A stretch of 64,000 nucleotides of DNA from contig CP129477.1 of NCBI GenBank assembly GCA_030583825.1, forward strand, positions 622,491 through 686,490, read 5' to 3'. A program made the position numbers and the translations under genes. The DNA is from Candidatus Dojkabacteria bacterium. Its GTDB lineage: Bacteria; Patescibacteriota; Dojkabacteria; GCA-002793355. The first letter of the stretch is position 1; each line of letters starts with the position of its first letter. Shown in pieces: positions 16,775 through 27,900 of this stretch. The notes beneath the pieces were generated by a model. That model searched no databases. It was not told where the DNA came from and saw nothing but the letters and a program-made list of their open reading frames with translations.

Positions 16775-17551
16775 ATGAAACAAAAACTGCCAATTTCGGT
16801 GGTCATTCCCACATATAACGAAGAGAAAATGCTTCCTCGTTTGTTAAAGTCACTTGAGTCACAAGAATTTTTACCTGAAGAAATTATTGTCGCAGATTCT
16901 CCTCGTACGACAGATAAAACAAAAGAAATTGCAAAAGCTCACAAAGTAAAACTTGTAGAGGGTGGGTTAGTTGGAGTTGGAAGAAATAATGGGGCGGCAG
17001 TTGCCACAAGTGAAATTATCATGTTTTTAGACGCAGATGCAGTATTGCCACATGAATATTTTCTTGGTGAGGTATATGTCACCTTTAAAAAGCTAAATCT
17101 GGATATTGCCTCTACATTGTTGCTGCTTGACCCAACCGAGCAGAGAGATTTTCTTAATTCTCTTGCGCCACGAGCAGCCTTTCGAACATGGAATTCTCTA
17201 AAGAAACTTCATTCCATGACAAATAGAGTATTTGCAGATTCAGGAACCGGTATTATTGTAAAAAGAGAATTGTTTAAAAAGATTGGTGGATTCCGCGAAG
17301 ATGATATGATCGGTGAAGATGCAGAATTCACTATGCGTGCCTCAAAGATGGGCTTGAAATATAAAGTCCTTCCATTAAGTATTATTTCTTCAGGGCGACG
17401 TTATGAGACTCCTCAAAAAGCGACAAAAGCAATTATGGCATCACTCTTAACGGCAGGTGTTATTGGGCTGGGATTGTACAATAGTGAGTCTATCGTCAAA
17501 TTTGTAAGAAAGTTATACGGTGATTTAGGCGGTACTGCGGATAAAAAGTAA
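16775..17551 (+). CDS. Family 2 glycosyltransferase
   Basis: ISVVIPTYNEEKMLPRLLKSLESQ, then DAD (FLDADAVLP) and an ED-containing region typical of GT-A/GT2 enzymes. Confidence 0.75.
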   Translation: MKQKLPISVVIPTYNEEKMLPRLLKSLESQEFLPEEIIVADSPRTTDKTKEIAKAHKVKLVEGGLVGVGRNNGAAVATSEIIMFLDADAVLPHEYFLGEVYVTFKKLNLDIASTLLLLDPTEQRDFLNSLAPRAAFRTWNSLKKLHSMTNRVFADSGTGIIVKRELFKKIGGFREDDMIGEDAEFTMRASKMGLKYKVLPLSIISSGRRYETPQKATKAIMASLLTAGVIGLGLYNSESIVKFVRKLYGDLGGTADKK

Positions 17552-17666
17552 AGCTTTTCCTGTAAAAAGTTAAATTCATCAAGCTTGGTTTGTTTTTCTC
17601 TGGCGATTATATGCAAATTACCATAACTCTGATACTATACAGGTAATTAAGTTTATCGCTGAGTTT

Positions 17667-18521
17667 ATGAAAACTACAAGCAAGATCGGTGGATTTATCG
17701 GCCTTGTAATGGCAGTCTTCGTTCTCGTGGTGGTTGTGGCACTTATGAGCACAACACAAATCCAATTCGGAACAACAGGAGTCATTACACGTTTTGGTGC
17801 ATTAACTGACAGGACTTTACAGCCGGGATTACACTTTAAAATTCCGTTTGTTGATGATGTCGTTGTGTACCGTACACAGAAAATCATTTACGAAACAAGC
17901 GATAATCCAAGAACATCAGAAGCAGATTACACAGATTTTCCGGTTGAAACAACATCAAAAGATGGTCAGGCAGTCAGCATTCGATACTCAGTTCGTTTTT
18001 CAATTGATCCAACAAAAGTTCAGACAGTCGCATCAACGCTCGGTCGTGAAAATGAGGTAATTGAGAAAGTTGTAAAAACAGACTCTCGAATCTTTGCTAG
18101 AAATGTTCCTCGTGGATTTACTGCAGAAGAACTCTATAGCGGAAATGTCCAGGATGTTGAGCAGGAAATTGTAGAACTTCTTCGTCCTTCATTTGAGAAA
18201 AATGGCTTAATTCTCGACGAATTTGGAATCCGTGGTATTACTTTCTCTCAGGATTACCAGGCAACTATTGAGTCAAAGCAAATCGAAAAGGAAAAGATTA
18301 ATATCGAAGAATATAAAGCACAGCAAGAAGAATTTAGAAAACAGCAAAAAATTACTCAAGCCCAGGCAGATGCTGAAGCACAGCGATTGCAGCAGCAGAC
18401 ACTTTCTAAAGAGCTTATTCAGAAGCTGTATATTGAAAAGTGGAATGGAACACTTCCACAGGTTGTGAACGGCGGTCAGTCGCCATTATTAATTGATCTT
18501 GGATCAGGACTGTTTAAATAA
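17667..18521 (+). CDS. SPFH/band-7 (prohibitin/HflC-like) membrane protein
   Basis: N-terminal TM, then GVITRFGALTDRTLQPGLHFKIPFVDDVVVYRTQ (SPFH core) and a C-terminal coiled coil rich in Q/E/K. Confidence 0.75.
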   Translation: MKTTSKIGGFIGLVMAVFVLVVVVALMSTTQIQFGTTGVITRFGALTDRTLQPGLHFKIPFVDDVVVYRTQKIIYETSDNPRTSEADYTDFPVETTSKDGQAVSIRYSVRFSIDPTKVQTVASTLGRENEVIEKVVKTDSRIFARNVPRGFTAEELYSGNVQDVEQEIVELLRPSFEKNGLILDEFGIRGITFSQDYQATIESKQIEKEKINIEEYKAQQEEFRKQQKITQAQADAEAQRLQQQTLSKELIQKLYIEKWNGTLPQVVNGGQSPLLIDLGSGLFK

Positions 18522-18588
18522 GATTTACAGTTCCTAAGAGTTTTTCGCGCGGGGGTCTTTCCCCCGCGCAAAATATTCCGTTACGTGC

Positions 18589-19614
18589 TTAGCTTGCATT
18601 CAGTGAAGGAAATTTTTCTAATATTGTGTTTAATAAATCCTGTTTTGCTTCTGCAAGTGGTTTATTTATTGTTGTTCCAGCAGCACCTTTATGACCGCCA
18701 CCATCTACGCCTACAGATTTTGCAATAAGACTCATATCATACTTTTCTTCATTACGAGTTCGTAAGCTCACCATAACAGTATGAGGCTCATATTCAACAA
18801 GGCTTGCCACTACATTCCAACCAACCACAGAGCGAAGTGTATCACCAACCAAACCCTTTGTTGCTTTTTCTTTTGGCACATTTCTTTTTGAGAATTCTTC
18901 AAAAGATATTGAAGAAAATACAATAGAATCATTCATATATTTATCGAGAGAGGATAGTGCCACTCCCATTAATTCAATGTCTTCTGCTGATTTATTATTC
19001 TCTAAGCTAAATGCAAGCTTGTGATATTGAGGATTTATCGCTGTAAGCTTCGCAGCAGCTTCAAATGTGTGTGGAGAGGTATTTAAATACTTAAACCCTC
19101 CGGTATCTCCAAATATTCCTATAAATAGACAAAGAGCAGTGTCACTATCAATACTCCAATTCCATAATGTAAACAAATCATACAAAATTTCTGCCGTTGA
19201 TGAATAAGCTTTTTCAACAAGGTTAATATTTCCAAATTTTGTATTAGTCGCATGATGATCAATAACGATAGTAGCCATTGTCTCAGGAAAAGTTACTTCA
19301 TTAATCTGTGATATTTGAGTAAGTGAAGAACTATCGAGAATGATAAATAAATCAAAATCTGATGAATTTACCTCAGAGTAGTTTTTTTGCACAAGTGCCT
19401 GAATATTAGGAATTTCAGATAACTTTACAGGAATCTTAGAATCACCGGTAATTGTCGTAACTCGCTTTCCAAGCTGCTGCAACATTTTCTGCATTGCTAA
19501 AGCTGAACTGACACTATCTGGATCAGGATGTGGATGACAATGGAGCAAAATATTTGAGGAATTTTGTATAGCATTAAGAATTTGTGGAGCAATATTTTTT
19601 ATCTCTTCAGACAT
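18589..19614 (-). CDS. nrnA: DHH-family phosphoesterase, NrnA-like (oligoribonuclease/pAp phosphatase)
   Basis: Motifs LLHCHPHPDPDSVSSALAM, a DHH motif (IVIDHHATN) and a GGGH motif (GVDGGGHKGAAG) of DHH/DHHA1 proteins. Confidence 0.75.
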   Translation of the reverse strand: MSEEIKNIAPQILNAIQNSSNILLHCHPHPDPDSVSSALAMQKMLQQLGKRVTTITGDSKIPVKLSEIPNIQALVQKNYSEVNSSDFDLFIILDSSSLTQISQINEVTFPETMATIVIDHHATNTKFGNINLVEKAYSSTAEILYDLFTLWNWSIDSDTALCLFIGIFGDTGGFKYLNTSPHTFEAAAKLTAINPQYHKLAFSLENNKSAEDIELMGVALSSLDKYMNDSIVFSSISFEEFSKRNVPKEKATKGLVGDTLRSVVGWNVVASLVEYEPHTVMVSLRTRNEEKYDMSLIAKSVGVDGGGHKGAAGTTINKPLAEAKQDLLNTILEKFPSLNAS

Positions 19615-19766
19615 AACTAATTGATAGAATAATAGGTATGGAATATTATTCTATACTAGAGAGAAAAATAGTACAAATAAATTAAAATTGCGGAAAATAA
19701 TCTACCCAGACCCTCTACTATAAGATATAATATAGTGTTCGTTCGCTACGTAGATAGGAGCTCAAA

Positions 19767-20036
19767 ATGATTAACTTTATCGGCGAGTTGGTACAAGGCG
19801 ACCAAGTGACTTTGATTGCAGGGATTGGGATGCCTGAAACACAGGAAGAGATCACCGAAGTCATTGTCCGAGTCTCTGGGGGTAGCGCGTTGACCAATTC
19901 GGGTCGTCGTCTCGCGCAGTGCGCGGATGACAACTGGGGAATTACCCTCACTGGGCGCAATTTGACGGAGAAAGAATACGCACTCTCTGAAGAGGCACGT
20001 CAAATCATCGCAGAAGTCGAAGGCGAACACGAATAA
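19767..20036 (+). CDS. Small hypothetical protein in a segment with anomalously high GC
   Basis: 89-aa ORF with RBS AGGAG 8 nt upstream and a terminator-like hairpin downstream (GAAGCGGGA...TCCCGCTTC). Its GC-rich codons (GCG, CGC, CTC) differ from the surrounding genes. Confidence 0.5.
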   Translation: MINFIGELVQGDQVTLIAGIGMPETQEEITEVIVRVSGGSALTNSGRRLAQCADDNWGITLTGRNLTEKEYALSEEARQIIAEVEGEHE

Positions 20037-20111
20037 AAATCTGTCCTGAAGCGGGAAATTGTATACAACATCGAAACACTCCCGCTTCTCCAGATCCTTT
20101 TCATAAAAAAC

Positions 20112-20528
20112 TCATGACAGTAAAACTTCACATTGGCTTACAAAGCGCTTCAACTTTGACGCTTTTATCACAATGAGCTCCGGGTTTAACGCACTTTCAT
20201 ACATTTTTAATATTTTTATCGTAGTAAATAAATCGCGACAGCCGGAAATATCAATGTAGACTTTGTTAAACGAGTAGGGAAGCGCCAGCACCTGCGAAAT
20301 GGAAAACCCGTCAATTTGGTGAAACTCTAATTCGGGGTATGTTTTTACCGCAGTAAAGAATGATTTACCCTTATCAATGCCAACGACCTTTTTGCAATAG
20401 TGACTGAGTATCTTTGTTGTTGTTCCCCATGCAAATCCTATTTCTAAGACTGTGTCGGAAGGACGAACGCAAGAGGGAATTGTTGCTCTATATTCGGATA
20501 CTCCCTTTGTGATAATAAATTTTGTCAT
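20112..20528 (-). CDS. Small class I SAM-dependent methyltransferase-like protein
   Basis: Motif I-like VLEIGFAWGTTT followed by VVGIDKGK; only 138 aa, so it may be truncated or a minimal methyltransferase. Confidence 0.45.
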   Translation of the reverse strand: MTKFIITKGVSEYRATIPSCVRPSDTVLEIGFAWGTTTKILSHYCKKVVGIDKGKSFFTAVKTYPELEFHQIDGFSISQVLALPYSFNKVYIDISGCRDLFTTIKILKMYESALNPELIVIKASKLKRFVSQCEVLLS

Positions 20529-20790
20529 GACCCTTTGTAAACAATTTAATTCTGTTTACTTCGGGTGTTTAATAAAAAAAGCGCCCAAAGCTGCAAATCC
20601 AAATAAATGGATTCACAACTCAAGGCGCTCTTCATGTAGGAATCTTCTGAGCTAGTGTCTTCACAAAGTGAAAACTCACCTCCTTAAGAAACTAACGTAT
20701 TATACCATATTTCTGATACTTTTTCTATCGGTTTGCTATAAGTAAAAAATTTTTTTTAAATATAATTACTAAAATAACTGCTCCTGTCTC

Positions 20791-21732
20791 ATGGATACAC
20801 CAACTATTCCTCAGGATTCTTCCTCTGTTTCTCCGGTTGCACCTGCTGCGCCATCACAAACACCAACTTCTCTAAAAACTAACCAAGACAAAACCAAGCT
20901 TTATTTGTTGATTTTTGGGTGTGTCGCTCTTTTATCAATTGCGATTGTTACGGCGGCAGTTATTCTCAGGCCACAGGGTGATAATGGAAACTCAGGATCA
21001 AACACTTCAAGTGAGAACAATACAAATCAAGCAGGAGAAAGTGGTCAGCAGGGAAATTCTGGAAACTCAGCTGAAGTAACTCCACGTCCAACACTCCCCG
21101 CAGGATGGTCTTTTACACAGCCACAAGGCTCACAATTGCATATTGCAACTCCTGTTTTATCAACTGATATCAAAAGAGTTGATGAATCTACCGGATACTA
21201 CAAATGGCAGGCACTTTTTGTTGAGAAATGGTGGATAAACCCAATTGACGTATTTTCTAAAAACACCGCAACGTATGTTATTGCATACCATAATTCAGCA
21301 AATGGGGAGGAAAATAGGTGGGAACCAAATGAACTTGGATCGGGAGCTATGTACCACGATGGAGAAGGCTACTATATTTATTATACAAAAGATCCTGTTC
21401 CTGGACACACGCTTGATTCAATCTACGAAAAAATTAAAGCAGAATTTAGAACAAGTGGTGCACAGTATGAATTTACCAATAAAGGGAAAGAAACTATCTT
21501 TAATCGTGAAGGATTACGCATTCAAATCCGTGATACTGCTATTGAGCCTGAACCAACCGCTCACACTGTTTATTACTCTCTGGATGCTATTGTGTTGTAT
21601 TATCAAGATAGAATCTTCTTGGTCGAACCTAAAAGTGCAGATGTAGCAAAAAATTATCCTGGATTAACAATTATCCCTTCGGCGATATTTGAGCAAGTGA
21701 GGCAAATTAAAGAAGTTTCTTATTTTGAGTAA
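20791..21732 (+). CDS. Membrane-anchored hypothetical protein (low-complexity N-terminus, single TM, extracytoplasmic domain)
   Basis: 313-aa ORF with TM LYLLIFGCVALLSIAIVTAAVIL and an S/N/G-rich linker. Confidence 0.55.
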   Translation: MDTPTIPQDSSSVSPVAPAAPSQTPTSLKTNQDKTKLYLLIFGCVALLSIAIVTAAVILRPQGDNGNSGSNTSSENNTNQAGESGQQGNSGNSAEVTPRPTLPAGWSFTQPQGSQLHIATPVLSTDIKRVDESTGYYKWQALFVEKWWINPIDVFSKNTATYVIAYHNSANGEENRWEPNELGSGAMYHDGEGYYIYYTKDPVPGHTLDSIYEKIKAEFRTSGAQYEFTNKGKETIFNREGLRIQIRDTAIEPEPTAHTVYYSLDAIVLYYQDRIFLVEPKSADVAKNYPGLTIIPSAIFEQVRQIKEVSYFE

Positions 21733-21794
21733 GAGTAATTCATAAACAAATTATGTTCAGGTGAGGAGATTTTTGCTACCTGCCTGAGCATCTT

Positions 21795-21821
21795 TTGGAT
21801 TTTTTGGCGACATGGTATAAT
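21795..21821 (+). promoter_or_regulatory. Putative promoter of the rplJ-rplL operon (TTGGAT...TGGTATAAT); the region down to 21928 is probably the L10 leader
   Basis: Extended -10 TGGTATAAT at 21813-21821, then a ~105-nt leader before rplJ. Confidence 0.45.
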
Positions 21822-21928
21822 AACCCAGGTCTAAGACAGTTGGGGGTAATACCTTAAAGATCCAACCGAGACAAATTTTTTCCTTTCATCTGTCTTTTTC
21901 CACATATATAAACTTGACCGTGTGTGCT

Positions 21929-22504
21929 ATGCCGAAAACCAAAGGGCAAAAAGAGGCACTCTTCGAAAAGTACAAAGAGATCGTTGATAAAAGCAACTTT
22001 CTCGTTGTCGAGATCAACAACGTTCCTGCAAACGCGTTGATGGAACTTCGTAAGAAGCTTGCCGCTCATGACGCCCAATTCGTCGTCGTCAAGAACACCG
22101 TGTTCCAGAAGGCAGCTGCAAGTGAAGAATCATTTGCCGACGTTACAATGGAAGGTCCGCTCGCAATTCTCGAAGGAGGAGAAGATATCGTCAGTTCGAT
22201 CAAACTCTTCGATGAGGCGACAAAATATGCAAAACAATCTATGTCATTGGCAGGAGCTGATGATGAAGTTGTTTCAAAATATGTGCCTTTCACAGTACGA
22301 GTAGGGATGATCAATCATCGTTTGCTTACTGCATCTGATGCACAGCGTCTTGCAACGCTCCCGGACAAGAACACTATACTTGCTCAGTTCGTTGGAACGC
22401 TTGCAGCACCAATCAGTGGCGTTATGAACGTTATGAATGGTGTGTCACGCAACCTTGTCTATGCGCTTACTGATCTCAAAGAAAAGAAAGCTCAGACGAC
22501 ATAA
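21929..22504 (+). CDS. rplJ: 50S ribosomal protein L10
   Basis: MPKTKGQKEALFEKYKEIVDKSNFLVVEINNVPANALMELRKKL... is the typical L10 N-terminus, and rplL follows immediately. The ORF-track start at 21914 is a TTG; the ATG at 21929 is preferred. Confidence 0.85.
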   Translation: MPKTKGQKEALFEKYKEIVDKSNFLVVEINNVPANALMELRKKLAAHDAQFVVVKNTVFQKAAASEESFADVTMEGPLAILEGGEDIVSSIKLFDEATKYAKQSMSLAGADDEVVSKYVPFTVRVGMINHRLLTASDAQRLATLPDKNTILAQFVGTLAAPISGVMNVMNGVSRNLVYALTDLKEKKAQTT

Positions 22505-22536
22505 TTATTTAGATTTAATTTAATTTTTTCTCCATC

Positions 22537-22935
22537 ATGTCAGAAGAAATAAAGCTCAACGCAAACCAGGAGAAAGTTCTCGAGCTCGTTAGCTCAATGA
22601 CTGTTCTCGAACTTGCAGACCTCGTGAAAGCAATGGAAGAAAAGTTTGGCGTCAGCGCAGCAGCTCCAGCAGTTGCAGTAGCGGCAGCACCAGCAGCAGG
22701 CGGTGCAGATGCAGCAGAAGAGAAAACATCGTTTGATGTTATGCTCGACGATGCAGGTACAAACAAAATTGCAGTCATTAAGGTAGTCAAGGATGTTCTT
22801 GGACTCGGACTTACCGAAGCAAAGGACTTCGTTGAAAAAGCACCTCAGAAACTTAAGGAAGGTGTTGCAAAAGCAGAAGCAGACGATATCGTCGCAAAGC
22901 TTGTTGAAGCAGGTGCAAAAGCATCAGCCAAGTAA
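22537..22935 (+). CDS. rplL: 50S ribosomal protein L7/L12
   Basis: N-terminal dimerisation domain, Ala/Pro hinge ([22 protein letters not shown]) and C-terminal domain [27 protein letters not shown]. Confidence 0.95.
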   Translation: MSEEIKLNANQEKVLELVSSMTVLELADLVKAMEEKFGVSAAAPAVAVAAAPAAGGADAAEEKTSFDVMLDDAGTNKIAVIKVVKDVLGLGLTEAKDFVEKAPQKLKEGVAKAEADDIVAKLVEAGAKASAK

Positions 22936-22995
22936 TTTCGTCGCGAGATTTTCGCAATGCCACGCGCATTGCTCTAACTCGCTCCGAATTTAAAA

Positions 22996-23025
22996 AGAGG
23001 GATCGAAAGATCCCTCTTTTTATTT
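22996..23025 (+). terminator. Intrinsic terminator after rplL
   Basis: AGAGGGATC-GAAA-GATCCCTCT hairpin followed by TTTTTATTT. Confidence 0.75.
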
Positions 23026-23156
23026 AGTGTCATTACTATCGTATTTATAAGTATCAGCATTGAATTCACAAATTTTGTAATGATTCGGTAATGATATTTC
23101 ACGACGCATTCAGTGAAACAGTTGTAAATTCTTCGTAAGGAGTTTACACTTACTCC

Positions 23157-24905
23157 ATGCCCTCGCTATACACTCAATTCAGACCTAAAACATTTGGCGC
23201 ACTGTTAGGACAGCATCATATTGTGTCGCTGTTGCAGGCCGAACTTGCCGCAGGAAAAACCTCCCATTCGTATATCTTTATAGGCCCACGCGGAACAGGA
23301 AAAACAACAACAGCGAGAATCCTTGCGAAAGCACTGAATTGCGAAAGCCTCCAGGACGACGGATCTCCATGTGATAAGTGTCCGAGTTGTGTCGCGTTTT
23401 CTTCAGGCAAATTTCTGGATCTTATCGAAATTGATGCAGCATCAAACCGCGGCATTGATGAAATTCGCGAAATGAAAGAAAAAATAGAATTTCGCCCATC
23501 TCAAGGAAGACAAAAAGTCTACATTATTGACGAGGTACACATGCTCACAAAAGAAGCCTTTAACGCGCTTCTTAAGACACTTGAAGAGCCACCCACCCAC
23601 GTTACCTTTATTCTTGCAACAACAGAGCCTCATAAAATTCCGCTCACGATTCTTTCCAGGTGTGAAAAATGCGAATTTAGACTTGGTGGAGAATCAGATA
23701 TAACGGCTGTTCTTGAACGAGTTCTTGCAGAGCAGGGAATTACAGCAACTCCAGAAGCATTAAATTTGCTTGTATCGTTTGCAGGTGGAAGTTATCGCGA
23801 TGCCTTATCTCTGTTGGATACGGTGATTGCTGCTGCAGAAAAAAATCAGATTGCCGAAACTACTGTCCGCGAAATGCTTGGACTTCCAAGTGATGCTCTT
23901 GTTGCTTCATACCTTACTGCCCTGGCGTCTGGCCAAACGGATACTGCCCTCCAGACGCTTCAATCGGTATTTAGCGCAGGAGTGTATATTCCGCAATTTA
24001 CCAAAGCAATTATCACAGTCTTAAAAAACTGGCTGGTAAAAAAGCATTCTCCAATTGCGGGTTCGGTGGAATTTACCCAAGCACAACTTATCAAATTAAT
24101 TGGCATTTTTCTCGAAGCATATACACAGCAGAGAAATGCTTTTGATCCTGAATTGCCTTTGCAACTTGCGACACTTCAAGCAGTGAATGTTGTCAGTCCA
24201 GATGCGCTTGCTGTGGAAGCAATTCGAAGTACTCAACCACAAATTGCTTCAGGCCCAAGCACAACAATTAAAGAAAAGACTGAATCGGCACCAGCTATGG
24301 TAACTGTAGCCCCAATGCCAAATATTCAACCAAAAAAGCAGGAAGAACCTCTTCAGGTTGTAGAAAAGGTAGAGACAAAAGAAGAAGAGCCAAAAGAAGA
24401 AGAGCCAGTAAAGTCTGAAATAAAAGCAAAGAAAAAACTCAAAAAGAAGTCTAAAAAGGTAGAAGCAGAGCAAAGTGCTGAGCCAGAAAAACTACTCACA
24501 TTGGAAGAAGTTAAAATGTTATGGGGTACTTTCTTGAGGTCAGTACAGTCACAAAATAATCTTCTTTACGCTATGCTCGTAAGTTCTGTGCCTTTGTCGC
24601 TCGTAAGAGATGAAATGCTTAGCGTTTTTAAAATAGAAATTGGCGTAAGATTTGATGCCCACAAGAAAAAAGTTGAGAGCGCAACCGTCAAACCATTGCT
24701 TCAAACTGTGGGCAAAAGCGTGTACGGAACAAGCCTACAATTCGTCTGTACCGTTACAAAAGACCTGAACACCAATGCCTCCTTACCTGTGGAAACTTCG
24801 TCTGCTACAATGACACAATCTCATGTTCCGGCAGTCGAACAGGTAGAAGATCTAGGATCTGTTTTTGACGATGTTATGGGAGCTGAGATTGAAAACCTCG
24901 CATAA
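23157..24905 (+). CDS. dnaX: DNA polymerase III subunit gamma/tau
   Basis: Walker A GPRGTGKTTTARILAKAL, Zn module CESLQDDGSPCDKCPSC, DEVHML box, SRC motif (TILSRCEKCEF), then a K/E-rich tau-like C-terminal region. Confidence 0.9.
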   Translation: MPSLYTQFRPKTFGALLGQHHIVSLLQAELAAGKTSHSYIFIGPRGTGKTTTARILAKALNCESLQDDGSPCDKCPSCVAFSSGKFLDLIEIDAASNRGIDEIREMKEKIEFRPSQGRQKVYIIDEVHMLTKEAFNALLKTLEEPPTHVTFILATTEPHKIPLTILSRCEKCEFRLGGESDITAVLERVLAEQGITATPEALNLLVSFAGGSYRDALSLLDTVIAAAEKNQIAETTVREMLGLPSDALVASYLTALASGQTDTALQTLQSVFSAGVYIPQFTKAIITVLKNWLVKKHSPIAGSVEFTQAQLIKLIGIFLEAYTQQRNAFDPELPLQLATLQAVNVVSPDALAVEAIRSTQPQIASGPSTTIKEKTESAPAMVTVAPMPNIQPKKQEEPLQVVEKVETKEEEPKEEEPVKSEIKAKKKLKKKSKKVEAEQSAEPEKLLTLEEVKMLWGTFLRSVQSQNNLLYAMLVSSVPLSLVRDEMLSVFKIEIGVRFDAHKKKVESATVKPLLQTVGKSVYGTSLQFVCTVTKDLNTNASLPVETSSATMTQSHVPAVEQVEDLGSVFDDVMGAEIENLA

Positions 24906-24928
24906 TTCAGTAAAACAGGGGAAATTTC

Positions 24929-27900
24929 ATGGAAAATAAAGGTTTTACTCATCTGCATCTACATACAGAGTATTCGATGCTCGATGGGCTTATAAAAATC
25001 AAAGAGTTAATGTCTCAGGTAAAAGAGTTGGGTATGGACGCTGTTGGCATTACCGACCATGGTGTTATGCACGGCGTTGTAGATTTTTATAAAGCGGCAA
25101 AAGATGCCGAAATCAAACCGATTATTGGAGTTGAAGCATATATCACAAAAGATCACCTCAAAAAAGAAGGGCGCCCTGCTAAGGGGGATGACGAAAAAGC
25201 CTACTTTCACCTCACACTTCTCGCTAAAAATTTACAAGGATACAAAAATCTTCTCAAGCTTGTTTCTATCGCAAATACAAGTGGTTATTACTACAAACCG
25301 AGAATTGATAGAGAATTATTAACGCAATACAAAGAAGGACTTATCGTGTTAAGTGGATGCTACGGGAGTGAATTTGTTCATACGCTGCGTCTCAATAAAA
25401 CTGATCCTGCACTCGCAGTAAAGCGTGGACTTGAACATGTCGCAGAATATACTGACCTTTTTGGAGATGATTACTACATCGAAATTCAGCGAGGTACAGC
25501 AGGCGAAGAAGAAAAAGTCCTTGAGCCATTGCTTCGTGAGGTTGCAAAACAGGCAAATAAAAAGCTTATTGCCACTGGCGATGTCCACTACATGTACAAA
25601 GAAGATGCGAAAATTCAGGATATTTATTGGGCAATCAACGAAGGACTGACTATTACTGACCCCAAACATAAGCCAATGTATACAGAAGAGCTGTATTTAA
25701 AAAGTCCTGATGAATTTTACAAACTGTTTAACGATATTCCAGAAGCGGTATTCAATACGAATGAAATAAAAGAAAAAGTCGAAAAATACAATATTTTCTT
25801 TGATCGAGTACAGCCCCATTATTTAGATGTTCCAGAAGGAATGACTGCCGGAGACCATATTCGTGATCTTGCGTTTGCTGGAGCAATGAAGCGTTACGGT
25901 GATATTACAGAAAAAACAAAAGAACGACTTAATTACGAACTGAGTGTTATCCACGACAAAGGCTATGATGATTATTTCCTTATTGTCGCGGACTATATTC
26001 GCTGGGCAAAAGAGCAGGGCATTATTGTTGGGCCAGGCCGTGGTTCAGGCGCAGGAAGTGTTGTTGCGTATGTACTTGGAATTACAGACATTGATCCATT
26101 TTGGTGGGGATTACAATTTGAGCGATTCTTAAACCCATACCGACCATCTCCTCCTGACTTCGATATTGACTTTCAAGATGATCGTCGCGACGAAGTTATT
26201 AGCTACATTGAGCAAAAATACGGGAAAGAAAATGTGACAGCAATTTGTGCAATTGGACGTTTGGAAGCAAAAGCTGCTATTCGAGATGTCTCGCGTGCAT
26301 TAGGAATTCCTCTTGATCTTGTTGATAAATTCGCAAAGATGATTCCGGTAAAGCGTGGAAAGCCTATGGATTTAGGAGAAGCTGTTGAAACCATTTCGGA
26401 AGTGTCAGACTTTGTGAATACTCATCCAGAATTTCAGAATGTTATTAAAGCAGTCTCTCGTATTAAAAAAGGGGCAAGGCATGTGTCGGTTCACGCATGT
26501 GGATACATTATTACACCGACCCCAGTGAGTGATTATGTTCCGCTACGAAGAGCCCCACAGGATGAAGACCTTGTTATTACGCAAATCCCAGGCTCAAAGA
26601 TTGAAGACGTTGGGTTAATGAAATACGACTTTCTTGGCTTGAGAACACTGACAATTTTGAAAAATGCAGAAAACGCAATTAAAGAGCAGCACGGCATTGA
26701 AACTGACTGGAATGAAATCGGTTTGGACGATGCAAAAACATATAAAATTTTCCAGAAAGGACTGACTGACAGTGTATTCCAGTTTGAATCTGGTGGAATG
26801 AAGAAATTCCTTATTGACTTGCATCCAGAGCGAATTGAAGACATCAACTTCATGGCCGCAGCATATCGTCCTGGGCCAATGGGCTATATTCCAAGCTATA
26901 TTGACCGAAAGTTTGGCCGTGAAAAAGTAAAATACCTCCACGAAGATCTAAAACCGATTCTTGAAGAAACAATGGGCTATGCCGTGTATCAAGAGCAAGT
27001 CATGCAGATTGCGGTAGATTTAGGAGGATATACAGTTGGACAAGCAGATCTCCTTCGTCGCGCAATGGGTAAAAAAGACAAACAGATTCTTGAAGGTGAA
27101 AAAGAAAAGCTGATTGAAGGTATGCTCGCTAGGGGATATAACCGTGAGCTGGGAGAAGAAGTATTCTCGTACATGCTTCCATTTGCTGACTATGGATTTA
27201 ATAAAGCTCACTCAGCTTGTTATGCCGTTATTGCGTATCGAACTGCATATTTGAAAGCACATCACCCTGTAGAATTTGTACTTGGAGTCATGCAGTCAGA
27301 CCTCGAGCGTATTCCAAAACTCGAAAAAGACCTCCAAATGGCACTTTCTATGCATATCAAAGTACTTCCTCCGTCAATTAACAAAAGTAATATGAAGTTT
27401 ACAATCGAAAAGCACGACGACTTCATGGAAGAGCACTGGTTAGATGACGATTTTGATAAAATTCTGGCGGAGAAAGAAGAAAAAGGTGAGTATCACCATC
27501 TTGGAACAATTTTATACGGTCTTGGTGGAATCAAAGGAACAAGCAAGAAGTCTCTGGAAGCAATTTTAGAAGAGCGCAATAAAAACGGAGCATTTAAACA
27601 TTTAGACGACTTACTTTCGCGTGTGAATATCGAGCAGGTGGATAAAAAGACACTCTTGCTTTTGGCACAATCTGGAGCATTCGAAGAGTTTGGAGAAAGA
27701 AACTCATTAATAGCTCTGATTCCGGTGCTATACGACCGCTATAAATCAGATAAAAAGAAAGAATCCGCTGAGCAAATTTCATTATTTGCCGCAACAACCA
27801 GTTCTCAGCAATTTGTACAGCAGACTCCACTTCCTCAAGTTGAGCCTGCTACTGTCCTGCAAATTCTGAACTGGGAGAAAGAAATGTTTGGAGTGTATCT

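Noticed and set aside
19718-20030. Two overlapping minus-strand ORFs (80 and 94 aa) in the GC-rich segment
   Set aside because: Typical spurious antisense ORFs in GC-rich DNA. The + strand ORF has the RBS and terminator, so only that one is reported.
23216-24473. Several 60-80-aa minus-strand ORFs inside dnaX, and similar ones inside dnaE, cca, rho and the giant genes
   Set aside because: All lie antisense within strongly supported long coding regions and lack start signals; treated as ORF-finder noise.
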